Made by a program: the position numbers and the translations under genes. From Eledone cirrhosa (Eukaryota), in NCBI GenBank assembly GCA_964016885.1, contig OZ024742.1, forward strand, positions 35,712,001 to 35,776,000: a stretch of DNA of 64,000 bases. The letters are read 5' to 3'. How positions within the stretch are numbered: position 1 is the first letter of the stretch; the number at the start of each line of letters is the position of its first letter. Below, piece by piece: positions 57,715 to 64,000 of this stretch. The notes beneath the pieces were generated by a model. That model did not search any database, was not told where the DNA came from, and was given only the letters and a program-made list of their open reading frames with translations.

Positions 57715-58339
57715 GATTGGTGCTCTGAAATAGCGATGTATACATGAATGTATATAGTATATCTGGCGATATACTGTGTTTAATTACAAACATGTTGAAG
57801 ACCTTGCGCTATTATTTTAAAATAATAGCGCAAGGTCTTCTTTTTTTTGTACTGTTGACCATGTTATTCTCCACGTTTTCAATTTTATTACTCCAAGATA
57901 AACTTACATAGGAATACAAGTGAAATCATAAACTCGTCATCTACGTAAACCCCTTGTTGAGTCAAGCAACGCCGTACGCTAAAACTATCCATAATAAGTA
58001 TTCACAACCTTTAATTGGATTACCTATAACGATATTTTGTTATCCTTTATATATATTATTTAATTTATCAATTCTTCATTGAGCCACATCGTGAACGGTT
58101 GCCACATATATATATATGTGACTTTATGTATATGTAAATCTTTATATTTAAGAATCTCCCGTTGGGTTGAGATGCAATTTGGGCGATATTGGGCTGCGCT
58201 TTCTAGCAACCAGCCTACTCGCCATAAGCAACTAATCACATTCTTTCTAACTTGACCACTGCCACGTCACGATTCTTAGCCATTTTTTAAATCTATTTCT
58301 AGCGGGATCGCTTTGGAAAATTAACTGTCCTATTGAGTT

Positions 58340-58418
58340 TGTCTCCTGATGAGTTCGATACTCGAGATTTATCCTTAATAGGATATCTCAAAATACGAAC
58401 GAAACCATGGTAGGGATA
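58340..58418 (+). ncRNA. Type I HHR with an extended stem II
   Basis: TGTCTC-CTGATGA-GTTCG..GAGAT..ATCCTtaatAGGAT-ATCTC..CGAAC-GAAA-CCATGG-TA-GGGATA. Confidence 0.85.
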
Positions 58419-58717
58419 TAATTACGGTATGTACACATTCTTCTAACTTTAAATTTATATCTAATTGTGTATAGTTGACGATATATTTGGTCAGTTTCTA
58501 CATGCTGTTGAAATGTTGGGTAAATACTCTATTGTGGTCAACCGCGAAGAGGCTGCTTTCGGTTATTTATCAAATATTTCTTCATAGGAGCCTTTGTTCT
58601 TATAGCCTGGTCTAATTAATTTTTTATATGGTTAATTATGCTAATTGGGAGAGGAAATTGTATATATTTTATCTAATAATTCTAAGGACATGATTTATGA
58701 TATATATATATATATAT

Positions 58718-59476
58718 AATTAAGTCAAAGATGTACATCCATATATGTATACTGAAATACTAGTATGTATATGAATACACACACGTATACATATGTAGAT
58801 GTACCAAGTTTTTTTTCACTGATCACTTTACTGTGAGTGGCCAGCTATTCTGTATGTAAACACACAGACAAACCGGTTTTTAGAGTCATACTGGTTTTTG
58901 AGGAAACACCTTTCCTCTATTCTCCAGAAAGCCAGACAAGGAATATTGAACTAGTTTCGTTGTTGTTACAACTCATCAGCAATATTTACCTATCTTCCGG
59001 CCTCTCTAGAGAATCGTAAAAGCACATATCGCTATATGCTTTTTCTATGAAAATTAGTAGTGGGCAGACCAACTTGCATAGAGTGTGAGTAAGTACCGGT
59101 TCAACGGAGACGATAAAAACAAATAACGAAACGAAATTAAATTTCGTTTCGTTTGTAACTCACTTTTGTATGACTGACGCTCAAACAATTAAGTCAAAGA
59201 TGTACATCCATATATGTATACTGAAATACTAGTATGTATATGAATACACACACGTATACATATGTAGATGTACCAAGTTTTTTTTCACTGATCACTTTAC
59301 TGTGAGTGGCCAGCTATTCTGTATGTAAACACACAGACAAACCGGTTTTTAGAGTCATACTGGTTTTTGAGGAAACACCTTTCCTCTATTCTCCAGAAAG
59401 CCAGACAAGGAATATTGAACTAGTTTCGTTGTTGTTACAACTCATCAGCAATATTTACCTATCTTCCGGCCTGTCT
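58718..59476 (-). repeat. Inverted ~1.6 units of the 470-bp repeat, abutting (TA)n; HHRs at 58942-58986 and 59411-59455
   Basis: Reverse complement of the downstream unit. The junction is at 59476/59477. Confidence 0.95.
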
Positions 59477-62400
59477 TTGGTCTGCCCACTACTAATTTTC
59501 ATAGAAAAAGCATATAGCGATATGTGCTTTTACGATTCTCTAGAGAGGCCGGAAGATAGGTAAATATTGCTGATGAGTTGTAACAACAACGAAACTAGTT
59601 CAATATTCCTTGTCTGGCTTTCTGGAGAATAGAGGAAAGGTGTTTCCTCAAAAACCAGTATGACTCTAAAAACCGGTTTGTCTGTGTGTTTACATACAGA
59701 ATAGCTGGCCACTCACAGTAAAGTGATCAGTGAAAAAAAAACTTGGTACATCTACATATGTATACGTGTGTGTATTCATATACATACTAGTATTTCAGTA
59801 TACATATATGGATGTACATCTTTGACTTAATTGTTTGAGCGTCAGTCATACAAAAGTGAGTTACAAACGAAACGAAATTTAATTTCGTTTCGTTATTTGT
59901 TTTTATCGTCTCCGTTGAACCGGTACTTACTCACACTCTATGCAAGTTGGTCTGCCCACTACTAATTTTCATAGAAAAAGCATATAGCGATATGTGCTTT
60001 TACGATTCTCTAGAGAGGCCGGAAGATAGGTAAATATTGCTGATGAGTTGTAACAACAACGAAACTAGTTCAATATTCCTTGTCTGGCTTTCTGGAGAAT
60101 AGAGGAAAGGTGTTTCCTCAAAAACCAGTATGACTCTAAAAACCGGTTTGTCTGTGTGTTTACATACAGAATAGCTGGCCACTCACAGTAAAGTGATCAG
60201 TGAAAAAAAAACTTGGTACATCTACATATGTATACGTGTGTGTATTCATATACATACTAGTATTTCAGTATACATATATGGATGTACATCTTTGACTTAA
60301 TTGTTTGAGCGTCAGTCATACAAAAGTGAGTTACAAACGAAACGAAATTTAATTTCGTTTCGTTATTTGTTTTTATCGTCTCCGTTGAACCGGTACTTAC
60401 TCACACTCTATGCAAGTTGGTCTGCCCACTACTAATTTTCATAGAAAAAGCATATAGCGATATGTGCTTTTACGATTCTCTAGAGAGGCCGGAAGATAGG
60501 TAAATATTGCTGATGAGTTGTAACAACAACGAAACTAGTTCAATATTCCTTGTCTGGCTTTCTGGAGAATAGAGGAAAGGTGTTTCCTCAAAAACCAGTA
60601 TGACTCTAAAAACCGGTTTGTCTGTGTGTTTACATACAGAATAGCTGGCCACTCACAGTAAAGTGATCAGTGAAAAAAAACTTGGTACATCTACATATGT
60701 ATACGTGTGTGTATTCATATACATACTAGTATTTCAGTATACATATATGGATGTACATCTTTGACTTAATTGTTTGAGCGTCAGTCATACAAAAGTGAGT
60801 TACAAACGAAACGAAATTTAATTTCGTTTCGTTATTTGTTTTTATCGTCTCCGTTGAACCGGTACTTACTCACACTCTATGCAAGTTGGTCTGCCCACTA
60901 CTAATTTTCATAGAAAAAGCATATAGCGATATGTGCTTTTACGATTCTCTAGAGAGGCCGGAAGATAGGTAAATATTGCTGATGAGTTGTAACAACAACG
61001 AAACTAGTTCAATATTCCTTGTCTGGCTTTCTGGAGAATAGAGGAAAGGTGTTTCCTCAAAAACCAGTATGACTCTAAAAACCGGTTTGTCTGTGTGTTT
61101 ACATACAGAATAGCTGGCCACTCACAGTAAAGTGATCAGTGAAAAAAAAAAACTTGGTACATCTACATATGTATACGTGTGTGTATTCATATACATACTA
61201 GTATTTCAGTATACATATATGGATGTACATCTTTGACTTAATTGTTTGAGCGTCAGTCATACAAAAGTGAGTTACAAACGAAACGAAATTTAATTTCGTT
61301 TCGTTATTTGTTTTTATCGTCTCCGTTGAACCGGTACTTACTCACACTCTATGCAAGTTGGTCTGCCCACTACTAATTTTCATAGAAAAAGCATATAGCG
61401 ATATGTGCTTTTACGATTCTCTAGAGAGGCCGGAAGATAGGTAAATATTGCTGATGAGTTGTAACAACAACGAAACTAGTTCAATATTCCTTGTCTGGCT
61501 TTCTGGAGAATAGAGGAAAGGTGTTTCCTCAAAAACCAGTATGACTCTAAAAACCGGTTTGTCTGTGTGTTTACATACAGAATAGCTGGCCACTCACAGT
61601 AAAGTGATCAGTGAAAAAAAACTTGGTACATCTACATATGTATACGTGTGTGTATTCATATACATACTAGTATTTCAGTATACATATATGGATGTACATC
61701 TTTGACTTAATTGTTTGAGCGTCAGTCATACAAAAGTGAGTTACAAACGAAACGAAATTTAATTTCGTTTCGTTATTTGTTTTTATCGTCTCCGTTGAAC
61801 CGGTACTTACTCACACTCTATGCAAGTTGGTCTGCCCACTACTAATTTTCATAGAAAAAGCATATAGCGATATGTGCTTTTACGATTCTCTAGAGAGGCC
61901 GGAAGATAGGTAAATATTGCTGATGAGTTGTAACAACAACGAAACTAGTTCAATATTCCTTGTCTGGCTTTCTGGAGAATAGAGGAAAGGTGTTTCCTCA
62001 AAAACCAGTATGACTCTAAAAACCGGTTTGTCTGTGTGTTTACATACAGAATAGCTGGCCACTCACAGTAAAGTGATCAGTGAAAAAAAAAAACTTGGTA
62101 CATCTACATATGTATACGTGTGTGTATTCATATACATACTAGTATTTCAGTATACATATATGGATGTACATCTTTGACTTAATTGTTTGAGCGTCAGTCA
62201 TACAAAAGTGAGTTACAAACGAAACGAAATTTAATTTCGTTTCGTTATTTGTTTTTATCGTCTCCGTTGAACCGGTACTTACTCACACTCTATGCAAGTT
62301 GGTCTGCCCACTACTAATTTTCATAGAAAAAGCATATAGCGATATGTGCTTTTACGATTCTCTAGAGAGGCCGGAAGATAGGTAAATATTGCTGATGAGT

Positions 62401-64000
62401 TGTAACAACAACGAAACTAGTTCAATATTCCTTGTCTGGCTTTCTGGAGAATAGAGGAAAGGTGTTTCCTCAAAAACCAGTATGACTCTAAAAACCGGTT
62501 TGTCTGTGTGTTTACATACAGAATAGCTGGCCACTCACAGTAAAGTGATCAGTGAAAAAAAACTTGGTACATCTACATATGTATACGTGTGTGTATTCAT
62601 ATACATACTAGTATTTCAGTATACATATATGGATGTACATCTTTGACTTAATTGTTTGAGCGTCAGTCATACAAAAGTGAGTTACAAACGAAACGAAATT
62701 TAATTTCGTTTCGTTATTTGTTTTTATCGTCTCCGTTGAACCGGTACTTACTCACACTCTATGCAAGTTGGTCTGCCCACTACTAATTTTCATAGAAAAA
62801 GCATATAGCGATATGTGCTTTTACGATTCTCTAGAGAGGCCGGAAGATAGGTAAATATTGCTGATGAGTTGTAACAACAACGAAACTAGTTCAATATTCC
62901 TTGTCTGGCTTTCTGGAGAATAGAGGAAAGGTGTTTCCTCAAAAACCAGTATGACTCTAAAAACCGGTTTGTCTGTGTGTTTACATACAGAATAGCTGGC
63001 CACTCACAGTAAAGTGATCAGTGAAAAAAAACTTGGTACATCTACATATGTATACGTGTGTGTATTCATATACATACTAGTATTTCAGTATACATATATG
63101 GATGTACATCTTTGACTTAATTGTTTGAGCGTCAGTCATACAAAAGTGAGTTACAAACGAAACGAAATTTAATTTCGTTTCGTTATTTGTTTTTATCGTC
63201 TCCGTTGAACCGGTACTTACTCACACTCTATGCAAGTTGGTCTGCCCACTACTAATTTTCATAGAAAAAGCATATAGCGATATGTGCTTTTACGATTCTC
63301 TAGAGAGGCCGGAAGATAGGTAAATATTGCTGATGAGTTGTAACAACAACGAAACTAGTTCAATATTCCTTGTCTGGCTTTCTGGAGAATAGAGGAAAGG
63401 TGTTTCCTCAAAAACCAGTATGACTCTAAAAACCGGTTTGTCTGTGTGTTTACATACAGAATAGCTGGCCACTCACAGTAAAGTGATCAGTGAAAAAAAA
63501 CTTGGTACATCTACATATGTATACGTGTGTGTATTCATATACATACTAGTATTTCAGTATACATATATGGATGTACATCTTTGACTTAATTGTTTGAGCG
63601 TCAGTCATACAAAAGTGAGTTACAAACGAAACGAAATTTAATTTCGTTTCGTTATTTGTTTTTATCGTCTCCGTTGAACCGGTACTTACTCACACTCTAT
63701 GCAAGTTGGTCTGCCCACTACTAATTTTCATAGAAAAAGCATATAGCGATATGTGCTTTTACGATTCTCTAGAGAGGCCGGAAGATAGGTAAATATTGCT
63801 GATGAGTTGTAACAACAACGAAACTAGTTCAATATTCCTTGTCTGGCTTTCTGGAGAATAGAGGAAAGGTGTTTCCTCAAAAACCAGTATGACTCTAAAA
63901 ACCGGTTTGTCTGTGTGTTTACATACAGAATAGCTGGCCACTCACAGTAAAGTGATCAGTGAAAAAAAACTTGGTACATCTACATATGTATACGTGTGTG
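59477..64000 (+). repeat. Tandem array of 469-472-bp non-coding units, each with one HHR (retrozyme-like); runs off the window
   Basis: CTGATGA occurs at 59570, 60040, 60510, 60979, 61451, 61920, 62392, 62861, 63330 and 63799. The only differences I see are in one A-run (8, 9 or 11 A). Confidence 0.97.
59563..59607 (+). ncRNA. Minimal type I HHR of the array unit (first of 10 plus-strand copies); predicted cleavage after 59600
   Basis: AATATTG-CTGATGA-GTTGTaacaACAAC-GAAA-CTAG-TT-CAATATT. It has a perfect 7-bp stem I, a 5-bp stem II, an intact core and a GUU triplet. Confidence 0.92.

Noticed and set aside
58837-63941. Repeated 60-aa ORF (MASYSVCK...) in every array unit
   Set aside because: It has a GTG start, is antisense to the ribozyme strand and has no recognisable motif. 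The repetition only reflects the DNA repeat.
59477-64000. CRISPR array or rDNA/snRNA tandem cluster
   Set aside because: There are no variable spacers, the context is eukaryotic, and I see no similarity to 5S rRNA, tRNA or U snRNA.

Overview
AT-rich, microsatellite-saturated animal DNA. The SINE, RTE and Penelope content suggests a cephalopod (octopus-like) genome; this is an inference. I cannot support any intact host gene, and almost all ORFs in the track are microsatellite artefacts. Recognisable coding remnants are GIY-YIG endonuclease ends of Penelope-like elements (PLEs), RTE and RLE-type LINE fragments, and Tc1/mariner transposase fragments. There are also MITEs and tRNA-derived SINEs. 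The main signal is non-coding. By eye I find about 30 type I hammerhead ribozyme (HHR) motifs (stem I-CTGANGA-stem II-GAAA-stem III-TH-stem I') from many sequence families, most with a palindromic stem/loop III and several with large stem II or stem III insertions. They sit in (TA)n-flanked, often fold-back, insertions. The window ends in a near-identical array of ~470-bp non-coding units, each with one intact minimal HHR (10 copies on +, 2 on - after an inversion). This resembles a retrozyme-like unit copied from a circular or multimeric RNA by PLE machinery. All ribozyme calls come from manual base-pairing; none has been tested.
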